Shown piece by piece: positions 38,876 to 49,815 of a stretch of 64,000 nucleotides of DNA (positions are counted from its first letter, which is position 1; every line of letters begins with the position of its first letter). Location: the NCBI RefSeq assembly GCF_001194135.2, contig NC_068987.1, positions 79,626,861-79,690,860 of the forward strand. Reading direction: 5' to 3'. The translations under genes were made by a program, and so were the position numbers. Source of the stretch: Octopus bimaculoides (lineage: Eukaryota). A model generated the notes under the pieces. The model did no database searches and was not told the DNA's origin. It saw only the letters and a program-made list of their open reading frames with translations.

Positions 38876-39528
38876 CAAACGAAACGCATTAATGAAGGAA
38901 AGAATAGAATTATTTGAAAATATACCGCAAACAGAACCGTTGGCAGTTTTCTTGTGGCCTTGAATAAGCTACTTGCCTGCGGTAAGTAGGCTAAGGGCAA
39001 TTATCTCTACCTTTATATGGCATAACAAGACTCGCTACTTTATAGCTGATGATTCTACATAAGCTTCTTAACACCTTACTAAATCTAAGAAATCCCTTGC
39101 AATAGAACGTGTCAGAACCTCTACAAAACACGCACGTTTCTTTCAGTCAGTTTTTCCCATTGAAAAGCAAAGGACGTCTAGTGCACGCACTCTCACCACA
39201 AGTCGGCTTACCGAGCATAGAATAAAGCTGACAGGATACCTTATCATGTGAAAGTTCTTTTAAGTAGAAAGGAAGAGGGGGAAGTATGGCGAGCAATGTG
39301 AAAGATAGAGAGAGAGAATTGGAAGGGGAGAAAAGGGAATTTGATGCGAGAGTAGTAAAGAATAGTGGTAGAGGGGGTAGGACTTTAAAGAAATATATTA
39401 AAAGATATTAAAAGTATTAAAGGAAATAAGAGTAATCTTAAGTCAGGGAAAGACAGTTTGAGTTAATAGTGTGAGAACAGTGAAAGATATACGGGGTGAG
39501 GGAAATTAGAAAGTAAAATAATACGTGT

Positions 39529-39566
<38 letters not shown>

Positions 39567-40809
39567 TTGTGTATGTGTGCGTTGGGAGAGACATTTGAAG
39601 AAAAGGAAATATAGACAGATTCGCTACAATTTGCTTCAAGAAATATCAAAGGAAAGACGAAAGCAAATAATTGTGAGTGAGCTTTGAAAAATATATAAAA
39701 TAAAATTATAGAAATGAAAATTATGAATAAATAAACTAATTGAAGCAGAAGAAAAAATTTCTTTAAAATCAGAGGAAAAGTAAATAAATTGACAAAATGA
39801 GGTGGCTTATGTTGATTAAAACAGTTTATTTTGTTTTGTACTTAGAATATTCGTGAAAATTATTGGTGTTTTAACTGAACCTTTACAACTGCGTTAATTT
39901 GAGGTAATTATTATAAAAAGTAGTTTTTTTTTCATGTTAATTTCAAATAGATGTTAATATTTTGTATTTAGTTTTGACTTATATTTATATTTATAATTGA
40001 TATTTATTTCTCAAGATTTTTTAAAGTTATTTTTTTATGTGAATGCGTGGAGATTTTCTTTTAGAAAAAAAAACTATATAAATAGATTTTGGCGGGTTAA
40101 AGCGATAAATACAATAATCGGCTTTTAGCAATCAGTGGAAATGGTGTTTAAATGTTGTTCAAGTTTCAAAAATGAAAAAAAAAGTAATAATAATAATTAA
40201 GAAAAATAGACGTTAAAATGTCTTAATTAAAAATGGGACATTTATTTCATAGGAAGTTGTAGATAGCTAATCAAGGATAATTAGTGCTGATTTTGTTTTT
40301 AATGATTCAAATTCTATAAACATTCAGGAAAAAACATCCAACCCCTTAATTCGTTAATTGCTAAATTGATTCCATTCGTCTTTTTACATATTGTAAAGCC
40401 ATTCAGGTAGTTAAGTGTAATTTTCATAGCAGTTTGATTTGTTGTTTTAATTTCTTTTATTGCCTTCATATACGAACTGCAAATTAGTAAACGATTTGAA
40501 ATGTAAACGTTTCTGAATGACAAATCTGTAAAGTGAGGAGTCATATACTTGTACGTTGATATTTTTATTAAGAGTAAAAGACAAACACGATATCCAGTTT
40601 GCCCGTACTCCAGCTTAAGTCTTAGCTCAAGCCAATCCTTCAGTATAGCATTTTGCACCAAATAAACTTTATCCTGCAAATTTTGAATCTCATTTTACGA
40701 AAAGTACTGTCAGTTTTGTATGAGCAGAAATGACTCGAGGATCACATGACATTTGAAAGTCTGAAATATGTCGTCGTCTTAGACGGCGTTTTATCGGGTG
40801 TTCGATAAA

Positions 40810-41020
40810 TTATTTGGTTTCTTCTTGACCACTTCTTCCCCTCTGTTCGTGTTCATGCCTCAGATGACTAATGAGGCCGATTCTTGCATGGAGGTGTCTG
40901 TTGCAAAGTTTATAAGAGATCCGTGGTGGAGACTTTGGTTAAGCTCAGGACAGGCCCGGCTGACAACATTCCATCTCCATTGTGACAAATCATTTTGAAG
41001 CTCATTTCTGAAATATGTAA
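40810..41020 (-). mobile_element. 3' end of an RTE/BovB-type LINE
   Basis: Minus strand QNDLSQWRWNVVSRAC, then (frameshift) CNRHLHARIGLISHLRHEH, matching the C-x-R...RIGLxSHxRxH terminal finger of BovB-like ORFs. Confidence 0.7.
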
Positions 41021-41808
41021 TACCCAATTAAAAACACCCTGTGGTTGTTTTGTGGATGATTGAACATAACACAAAATCTCTTTCTTTTGTTCATCTTTAT
41101 ATAGGTTTCAAATTGTTGGTGCAAGGCTAGCAATTTTAGGGAGTGGATACGTCAATTACATCGACCCCATTACTCAACTGGTACATATTCTATCCTGAAA
41201 GGATGAAGGGCAACGTCTGGCTATACGAGGCAAACGGTATAGGACACAGATCGTGTGGTATAGCAAGCTGGAGACGATATCTCCTGGTGCTAAATTACAG
41301 CAACATTAGTTCTAAACCAGGACTGCCATGTTATGTTGGCAAACAATCTTTACTACAAATTATTTGAGGTTCTAAATTTAGATTAACAAGTGGCATGTCA
41401 GGCGTTAAAAAACTTAAGGCTTTTCCTAGCATACGGTGGGAAAATATTTGGAGAATTCATAAACAATTTAAGAACGTTAGCCACAAATAAATATTTCAAG
41501 ATACTAGATAATCTTGAATTTTGTGTGTATGTATATGTGTTTGTGTGTGCGTGTATGTAAATGTACGTGTGTGTCGAACGATTATCAAACTATATTAATC
41601 TACGTCGTACTTGGTGAACATTGAAATCGTCATTTTCACAATCCCAGCACGCCAATTTTTTATTCACTATATTGTCTGTGTTACTTGGGTGGAACAATAC
41701 CACATAACATCTACTTTTGCACGCAGTTTTCTCGGGAGTTTTTTGTTGAAGTTCACCAAGGCAGAAGATATAGGAAAATATATTCCCAAGAATGTATATC
41801 TGTAAAGT

Positions 41809-42135
41809 GAAGGCGCATGGTTCAGTGGTTAGAGCGTTGAGCTTACGATCGTGAGTTTGTGAGTTCGAATCCCGGACCGGGCTGCGTGTGGTGTTCTTGA
41901 GCAAGACACTTTATTTCACGTTGCTCCAGTTCACTCAGCTGTAGAAATGAGTTGCGACGTCACAGGTGGCAAGTTGTATCGGCCTATGCCTTTCCCTTTG
42001 GATAACATCGGTGGAGGGGAGGCTGGTATACATGGGCGACTCCTGGTCTTTCATAAACAACCTTGCCCGGACTTGTGCCTGGGAGGGCAACTTTCTAGGT
42101 GCAAACCCATGGTCAGTCATGACCGAAGGGGTCCT
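41809..42135 (+). mobile_element. SINE family C (V-SINE-like), well-preserved full copy
   Basis: ggcgcatggttcagtggttagagcg A-box, gagttcgaatccc B-box, and gtgttcttgagcaagacact...ccagttcactcagctgtagaaatgagt. Confidence 0.85.
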
Positions 42136-42184
42136 AATCTGTAAATATACTAAATATATTTTTATATGTATGTCTCTCTCATCC

Positions 42185-42226
<42 letters not shown>

Positions 42227-42503
42227 CCCGACCAAATTTTACAATTAAATAAAAGCGATTGCTACAGGATTATGTGGTATGTGCTGTTCTGTGGTATGGA
42301 ACGAATGATCACGTGTTTACGGAGGAAACTTCTTAACTGTAGAACCAGACATGTATTAGAGTTTTGTATTATCTGATTAGTGAAATATGTATGAGATCAT
42401 CGCTCCGTATTGTATATCTAGCAGATTAACTCACAGTATCTCTCACTAATCTCCAACTACTGGTATGACAATTACAGTTTTTCTCATTTCCGACAATCTA
42501 ATT

Positions 42504-42673
42504 GCAGGCATGACTGTGTCGTAAGAAGCTTGCTTCCCGACCACATGGTTCCGTGTTCAGTCCCACTGCGTGGTACCTTGTGCGAGTGTCTTCTACTATA
42601 GCCTCGGGCCGACTAAGACCTTCTAGGTGGATTTGGTAGGAAACGGAAAGAAGCACGTCGCACACACACACAC

Positions 42674-42723
<50 letters not shown>

Positions 42724-42963
42724 ACACACACATATATACACACACACATACGCATACAGACACACGCACGCACGCACATATATATGCTTGTGTGTCTGTG
42801 TTTGTTCCTTCACCATCGCCTGACAACCGATGTTGGTGCGTTTGCGTCTCCGTATCTAGCTGTCGGCTTACAAAGAATAGATCCTGGAGTCAACTTGTTC
42901 GACTAAAGACGGTGCTCCAGCATGGCCACAGTCAAATGACTGAAACGAGTAAAGGAATAAAAT
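42504..42963 (+). mobile_element. SINE family A, full copy with internal (CA)n
   Basis: Both conserved halves are present; the tail is ggtgctccagcatggccacagtcaaatgactgaaacgagtaaagg. Confidence 0.9.
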
Positions 42964-43021
42964 AATATCAAGTGGTTAGACCGCTGAACTGTACTTATTT
43001 GATATTTCTACGCGCAATCGT

Positions 43022-43243
43022 GGCGAGCTAGCAGCATCATTGACACGCCGGGCGAAACGCTTTGCGGTATTTCGTTCGTCTTTTCGTTCTCAGTTCAAAT
43101 TCCGCCGAAGTCGACTTTGCTATTCATCATTTCGGGGTCGATAGTATAAATATCAGCTGAGGACTAGGATTCGATGTAAACGACATCCCCCACTCCCTCA
43201 TCCCGAATTTTCTGACTTTGATCCAAAATTTCAAACCAATATT
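43022..43243 (+). mobile_element. SINE family B, full copy
   Basis: ggcgagctagcagcatcattgacacgccgggcgaaa...cagttcaaattccgccgaagtcgactttgc...tttcggggtcgata. Confidence 0.85.
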
Positions 43244-43260
43244 TCTATACGTAAGAGAAA

Positions 43261-43404
43261 GCATAGTTATGTAGTTAAGAAGCTCACTTTGTAATACTTC
43301 GTCAGGACGTTCAATCCCACTGCATGATACCTTCTCCTATAGGGAATTTGGTAGGTGGAAAATTTGTAGGAGCCTGCCGTATATATATATATATATATAT
43401 ATAT
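43261..43404 (+). mobile_element. SINE family A, degenerate 5' half ending in (TA)n
   Basis: gtagttaagaagctcac...gttcaatcccactgcatgatacctt...atttggtag...gagcctgccgtatata. Confidence 0.65.
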
Positions 43405-44171
43405 NNNNNNNNNNNNNNNNNNNNNNNNNNNNNNNNNNNNNNNNNNNNNNNNNNNNNNNNNNNNNNNNNNNNNNNNNNNNNNNNNNNNNNNNNNNNNNNN
43501 NNNNNNNNNNNNNNNNNNNNNNNNNNNNNNNNNNNNNNNNNNNNNNNNNNNNNNNNNNNNNNNNNNNNNNNNNNNNNNNNNNNNNNNNNNNNNNNNNNNN
43601 NNNNNNNNNNNNNNNNNNNNNNNNNNNNNNNNNNNNNNNNNNNNNNNNNNNNNNNNNNNNNNNNNNNNNNNNNNNNNNNNNNNNNNNNNNNNNNNNNNNN
43701 NNNNNNNNNNNNNNNNNNNNNNNNNNNNNNNNNNNNNNNNNNNNNNNNNNNNNNNNNNNNNNNNNNNNNNNNNNNNNNNNNNNNNNNNNNNNNNNNNNNN
43801 NNNNNNNNNNNNNNNNNNNNNNNNNNNNNNNNNNNNNNNNNNNNNNNNNNNNNNNNNNNNNNNNNNNNNNNNNNNNNNNNNNNNNNNNNNNNNNNNNNNN
43901 NNNNNNNNNNNNNNNNNNNNNNNNNNNNNNNNNNNNNNNNNNNNNNNNNNNNNNNNNNNNNNNNNNNNNNNNNNNNNNNNNNNNNNNNNNNNNNNNNNNN
44001 NNNNNNNNNNNNNNNNNNNNNNNNNNNNNNNNNNNNNNNNNNNNNNNNNNNNNNNNNNNNNNNNNNNNNNNNNNNNNNNNNNNNNNNNNNNNNNNNNNNN
44101 NNNNNNNNNNNNNNNNNNNNNNNNNNNNNNNNNNNNNNNNNNNNNNNNNNNNNNNNNNNNNNNNNNNNNNN

Positions 44172-44442
44172 CTTCTGGGTTTTTAATCTGTTGTCGATGT
44201 ACCCGTGAGCGTTCCGATAGTGCATTACCTGTCTGGCCAACGTACAGTTCTTCACAATTAGGGCATTTGAGGCAGTAGATTAGATTTCTACTTTTGCAGT
44301 TCATGTTCGCATTGGTGAATATTTTCCCTGTTTTTGTGTTCATATATGGGCCGGTATGGATTGATCGGCATGTGCCGCATCGGCTATCATTGCATTTGGA
44401 TACAGTGAATGTTTGATTTGTGTTGCTGAGGTCAAACCTTGC
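44172..44442 (-). mobile_element. Penelope-like element: Cys-rich linker and GIY-YIG endonuclease fragment (open frame)
   Basis: ARFDLSNTNQTFTVSKCNDSRCGTCRSIHTG...NCKSRNLIYCLKCPNCEELYVGQTGNALSERSRVHRQQI, cut off by the N-gap. Confidence 0.9.
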
Positions 44443-44613
44443 CTATATATATATACGAAAAAGGATGGCCACTAAGTGGACATCCTTTACGATAGAAGTC
44501 AACCATCAACGGTGAAACCACAAAACAAAACAAAAAAGAATGTTCTGCAGGAAAATTCAATGCACCCCAGAACATGAGCAAGACAAATGAAAATATCCAA
44601 AAAATAAAGAATT

Positions 44614-44694
44614 AGTCGTAGACCAGGTTTCGCGAATTAATAGATTAACGTAATTTTTACTTGCATACCCCATCCGAGGCTCATCAGTACAACC
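44614..44694 (-). ncRNA. Candidate type I hammerhead ribozyme
   Basis: Minus strand: GGUUGUA-CUGAUGA-GC(45 nt)GC-GAAA-CCUGGUC-UACGACU. The core is complete, with a GUC triplet and a 7-bp stem I. Confidence 0.65.
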
Positions 44695-45109
44695 GTTCTA
44701 TACAATATAATTTGCAGAACAATACACGGATTGTCCACATAAAATTAGACATGTGTACAGTTCTACCGATTACATTGGAGTTCTTTTCAAAAGTCTCAGC
44801 TCTGGCGCGTTAAATACTGGAAACAATTCCGCAGAAGATAATTCACTGCAGTAACCGTTGCCGACTAGAGAACATAATTATCAAAATTAAAATAGAACTT
44901 ACCTCTCCAAAAAAGCCCATATATTTTCAATGCGCAACGATTTCTCAGAGCTTCATGTCTCATAGATCAATAGCATTAAGATTCGGCAATAACAATTTTC
45001 TGATAACCATTCAGTCAACTACGGCGATACTTCTCCTAAAGATTTGGACACGTTATGCCCTGTTTGTTTGTTTTTATCTCGTCTTAGAATTTTTTTTTTT
45101 TACTTTTTG

Positions 45110-45387
45110 CAGAATATAGGCCATTACGTTTCAGCCAGGGTTCAGAGGTCTCTCAAGCGTCCTCGTAAAAGTTTGCTGTTAAAATTTCTCTGCAATAAAC
45201 TGGTTATAATTCTACAATACACAGAATATTTGAAAATTTTTTTTAAAAATTTAGTTCCTAATATTTAGTTATAAAAATATAGTGGGACTGTCTAAAACAT
45301 CAAATGTTGTATATTAGGGTCCAGGAAAAGTAAAATAATAATCAAAGGGGTCAAAAAGCGAAAAAGAAAAATGGCTGAGAATCACTG
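45110..45387. mobile_element. Degenerate hAT-type MITE
   Basis: The 3' end ggggtcaaaaag...ggctgagaatcactg resembles GGTTGAGAACCACTG; the 5' end is unclear. Confidence 0.45.
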
Positions 45388-45391
45388 GTGT

Positions 45392-45746
45392 AGGCGCAGG
45401 CGGGGCTGAGTGGCAAGAGGTTTACTCCCCACCTACATGGTTCTGCGTTCAGTCCCACTCTGTGACACCTCGGACTAATGACTTCTACTATAGCCTCAGG
45501 CCAACCACAGTCATATGAATGGATTTGGAAGATGGAAACTGAAAGAAACCTGTACTATATGTGCATATCATAGGCGGAGGAGTAGCTGTGTGGTAAGTAG
45601 CTTGCTTACCAACCACATGGTTCCGGGTTCAGTCTCACTGCGTGGCACCTTGGGCAAGTGTCTTCTACTATAGCATCGGGCCGACCAAAGCCTTGTGAGT
45701 GGATTTGCAGACGGAAACTGAAAGAAGCCTGTCTTATATATGTATG

Positions 45747-45781
<35 letters not shown>

Positions 45782-46266
45782 GTATGTATATGTATGTATA
45801 TGTGTGTATATGTTTGTGTGTCTGTACTTGTCCCGCAACATCGCTTGACAACCGATGCTGGTGTTTTTACGTTCCCGTAACTTAGCGGTTCGACAAAAGA
45901 ACCGATAGAATAAGTACTAGGCTTACAAAGAATAAGTCCTGGNNNNNNNNNNTAGGCTTACAAAGAATAAGTCCTGGGGTTGATTTGCTCGACTAAAGGC
46001 GGTGCTCCAGCATGGCCATAGTCAAATGACTGAAACAAGTAAAAGAGTAAAAGAGTATATCTATATTTGTACCCCACTACTACTTGACAAACGGTGTTGG
46101 TACATTTATGACCCCGTAACTTAGCAGTTTCATAAGAGTGACCGATAGAACATGTACCAAGCTTTAAAAAGACATTATAATGACTAGAGTCGATTCGTTC
46201 GAAAGAAAATTCTTCAAGATGGCGCACCAGTATAGCCACTCTCTAATAACTGAAACAAGAGAAAGG
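45392..46266 (+). mobile_element. Two nested SINE family A copies
   Basis: Old 5' half 45392-45570, young full copy 45572-46055, old 3' half 46056-46266. Confidence 0.85.
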
Positions 46267-46426
46267 TATAACCGATAAAAAAAAGCAATTTCTGTTTCAT
46301 GACACCTCTAATATTTCGTTATTCGTTAAAATAAGCTTTAAGGCCGGTAAAGAGCGAACATGTCATAAACTGCTTTAACTGTTGTTAATAACATCCTACC
46401 ACGGTTGCTACAGACGCTACACCTGC

Positions 46427-46458
<32 letters not shown>

Positions 46459-47276
46459 TTGCTGCTGCAGCTACTTTTTACTCTTCCTATTACTGCAATC
46501 AATGCTGCCATTAATGTTGTGTCAGCACTTAACTCAGCTTACCAACAACATAAGTAAAATCGTAAATAGATTATGAATGGTCAATATAAAGTGGGGGAAA
46601 AACCGATCAACGAAATTCTTATCTGTGAAATGCATATGCACATACATAGGCACGCATGTACGCACTCATACCCACACTTATAAAAACAGAAACACAAACA
46701 CGACTCTATATATACATACATATATATATATACTTATATACACATATAATATATATACATATATACACATACATATATATACATATACATATATATATGT
46801 ATATATATATATATGTATATATATATATGTATATATATATATGTGTGTACATATATATATTTAAATATATGTGTGCATGTGTGTGTATATTTGTATGTAT
46901 GTGTGTGTGTACATGCATAAGTACGCGTGGTAAAACCGAAAATAGATCATTATGAAATGCAACCAGAGGCGAATTACTTGTGGTTTAGATATTATTCATT
47001 TAAGGCTTTTAGTCTCACCTAATCGAAATTAATCAATTTTTCATTGACTGCAAGACTGCGAGACTCAAAAGCAAATAACTTTAGACTTAGGAAGAGACAC
47101 AGTCCCGTAAGTCCTTTCATATTGATTAGCAAATGCTGTATGTATGTATGTATGTATGCATGTATGTATGTATGTATGTATGTATGTATGTATGTATGTA
47201 TACATATACAACATACATTACAATAGATTCATGCATATATGTGTGTGCATGTGTGAGTGTGTGCGCGTGTGTGTTC

Positions 47277-47352
<76 letters not shown>

Positions 47353-47587
47353 GTACGTATATGTATATATTGAGATAGGCAGGTACGTTGATAAATATAT
47401 TACCCTACATGTGGGTACATGAGTGTACATGTGTGTGCATGCGTGTGTGTGTGCGTGTGCGTGGATACGTGTTGATGTGAGTGTGTTGTATACTGTTCGT
47501 ATGAGTTTGTGTGAAAAAGAAAATGATGGTATGATGAAAGCACGTGGTTAAAAGAAGAAAATGCATTTAGAGTTCATTTCAACGAAA

Positions 47588-47638
<51 letters not shown>

Positions 47639-49020
47639 GTAATCAGTTGTTAGATTTTAAAGAAGCATTCATTATTACCCAGCGAATAACTTTACAATTG
47701 GCGTTCATTCATGCATGAATAATCGGCGCTGATCTGTACATTTAGTTACCATGAAAAATACCTTTGCCAAAAGCTCTATGTTCAAGCAGCTTTGATTGTG
47801 GAGTTTTTTTTCTTTACCTTTTCGTTGTCGTTTTGTTTTGTCTTTATTTCATGCCCTCTAGACACTTTTAAGAAGGTAATAAGTGTGGGCTTAAGTGCTA
47901 CTTGGCCAAGAGCACATTGAACAAACACAAAGCACCTGAACTTACTTGACTGAAATATAATCATAAAGATTATCATTATCATAGTAAGAATCATAACCCT
48001 CACCGTTATTATAATCATTACTATCCGTTACTCTTATTATTACCGTGTCTGTTCCTGCTCTTATTTCTTCCCCTCTGATTTCAGTTTTTTTTTTTTTTTT
48101 AAGTAAAGAAAAATATCAGGTCAGCTTAGAGTACAATGTGGTTCGATTTCTGATAGGACTCATTTTAATTAAGGCAATTTATATGACTATAGATCTTCCA
48201 AAACGTGTAAATGAGTCACAGACCAATTTTTCATTTTCTGTTCACTCGGAGACGCTTTGGGTATAAGCAAGAGAGAGGACTCTTGTTAGGTGGAATATAA
48301 ATACATATCCTTTACTAATTTTTATAGTAAATTTAAAATTCGTATATTTTAAAATAAAACAATTTTTTGCTCAGGTTCGTTAGATTTTCAGCAACTTAAA
48401 AAAAAAAACAAGTTTTAGGCACATTTAAACAAATTTGCAGAAGTGGAAATGATGTCGACTGTAGTGGAAGTCTTCCGTCTACTCTCCTTTGCAGCAGACG
48501 GAAAATCTTTAGATGTTTGTAACACCTCATAAGTGTTACCTCGGTCTGTGCTCTCTACTACTAGAAAGTGTTGCAAGTCACTTCGCAGAGTGATCAGGCC
48601 TGGGATGGCATTGTTGCTTTCTTGATTAATTTAGATCAATAGCTTCATCTCTGTGTCCGAACAATTTTTGTTTTGCAGCCTCTGCAGATTTTCTGTTTTT
48701 CTGCATCAAGTAAATCGCCGCTACCAGACAGCGCATCGCACATCGCACACATTAATATCTTATACTGTCAGGCTGGGGTAGGTCAGTATGAGGTTCGGTT
48801 CGTCACTCTTTAGGAATGTTACAGAATGTTTTCTGGCTTCAGTGAGGAAGCTTTCTGTAACAATCCTATATAGCAATGTCCCAAATCTGACCATAACCGT
48901 ACCGAAACTTTTATCTCAAACAATGTAGGATTTGGTGCCCTAATTTCATCCAAGACAATTTTCAATCTGGGTTTGTTTCGCTTGCTCTGCTTTCCTGTAT
49001 TTCAGTCCTATATACATATA

Positions 49021-49560
49021 CAGAGAAATTATATATGTAGAGATTCCCATTTGGTGTACACATCAGAAGGCACGAAACACAACTTGATTTATGCTGGTTG
49101 TACAACAGAACAATTAAACAAAAGATTCAATGGGCACAGATATTACGTCAAGCACAATAACAGTAGTTCGACAGAACCTACCGAACATTTTGCTTCAAAC
49201 GGCTGCAATTTTGAAAAAGACTTGAAAGTGCATATTCTCAGAAAATATTCTGAATCTGCTACACCTTCAGTACTCAAAATGCATGAGGAGAAATGTGTTT
49301 GCGAATTATTAACATCACGCCCTGGAAGAATGAATAAAATGACAGGAGAATAACATCAAATTTACACAAAACTGTTTGATTAAATACTCTTCGTTTTCGT
49401 TTTCCTTTTTTTCTTCCTTTTCTTTTTTCTCTGTTTTACTTTCTTTTTCTTTTTGCCAGTTGTAAAATTAAACTTTGAAGACTGATGAGGTCATTCCATC
49501 AACGTATGGACGCTGGTTGCTCTCGTTCATATTTTAGATTTGAATTTCTATACTTTAGAA
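49021..49560 (+). mobile_element. Penelope-like element 3' end (GIY-YIG plus 3' UTR with a hammerhead remnant)
   Basis: NYICRDSHLVY...IYAGCTTEQLNKRFNGHR...EHF...DLKVHIL...EEKCVCELLTSRPGRMN*, a T-rich UTR, and CTGATGA at 49482. Confidence 0.85.
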
Positions 49561-49659
49561 TTTTTATCACTTTTCATTGTGAACTCGACAAAGACAAGCT
49601 TGCTGTCGAAATATCCTTCAACCAATAAAATATCAATTGCAATCGCATCGTGTTCTTTG

Positions 49660-49721
49660 TATTGTATAATAATAATAATGATAATAATAATAAGGAGAAG
49701 AAGAAGAAGAAGAAGAAGAAG

Positions 49722-49815
<94 letters not shown>
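49660..49815. repeat. Compound (AAT)n-(GAA)n-(TAG)n array
   Basis: Directly visible. Confidence 0.95.

Noticed and set aside
38969-38989. 9-bp hairpin ctacttgcc-tgc-ggtaagtag as a Helitron 3' end
   Set aside because: No properly spaced CTRR terminus, no 5' TC end and no second copy.
40540-40679. Minus-strand tttgcag acceptor followed by DKVYLVQNAILKDWLELRLKLEYGQTGYR
   Set aside because: No convincing donor, no recognisable domain and no partner exons.
10617-41880. tRNA-like sequences at 10617, 30366, 37560-37636 and 41809 as tRNA genes
   Set aside because: They have A/B boxes but no complete cloverleaf and run into SINE bodies.
44895-44965. Minus-strand ATG...MRHEALRNRCALKIYGLFWR with a GAG/GTAAGT donor
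   Set aside because: Short and unrecognised, and lies in probable PLE-derived sequence.
45918-45977. 25-nt direct repeat taggcttacaaagaataagtcctgg flanking a 10-N gap
   Set aside because: An unmerged contig overlap within one SINE copy; assembly artefact.
48440-48760. Minus-strand peptides faintly like an RTE endonuclease-RT linker
   Set aside because: Similarity is too weak to call by eye; it needs an HMM search.
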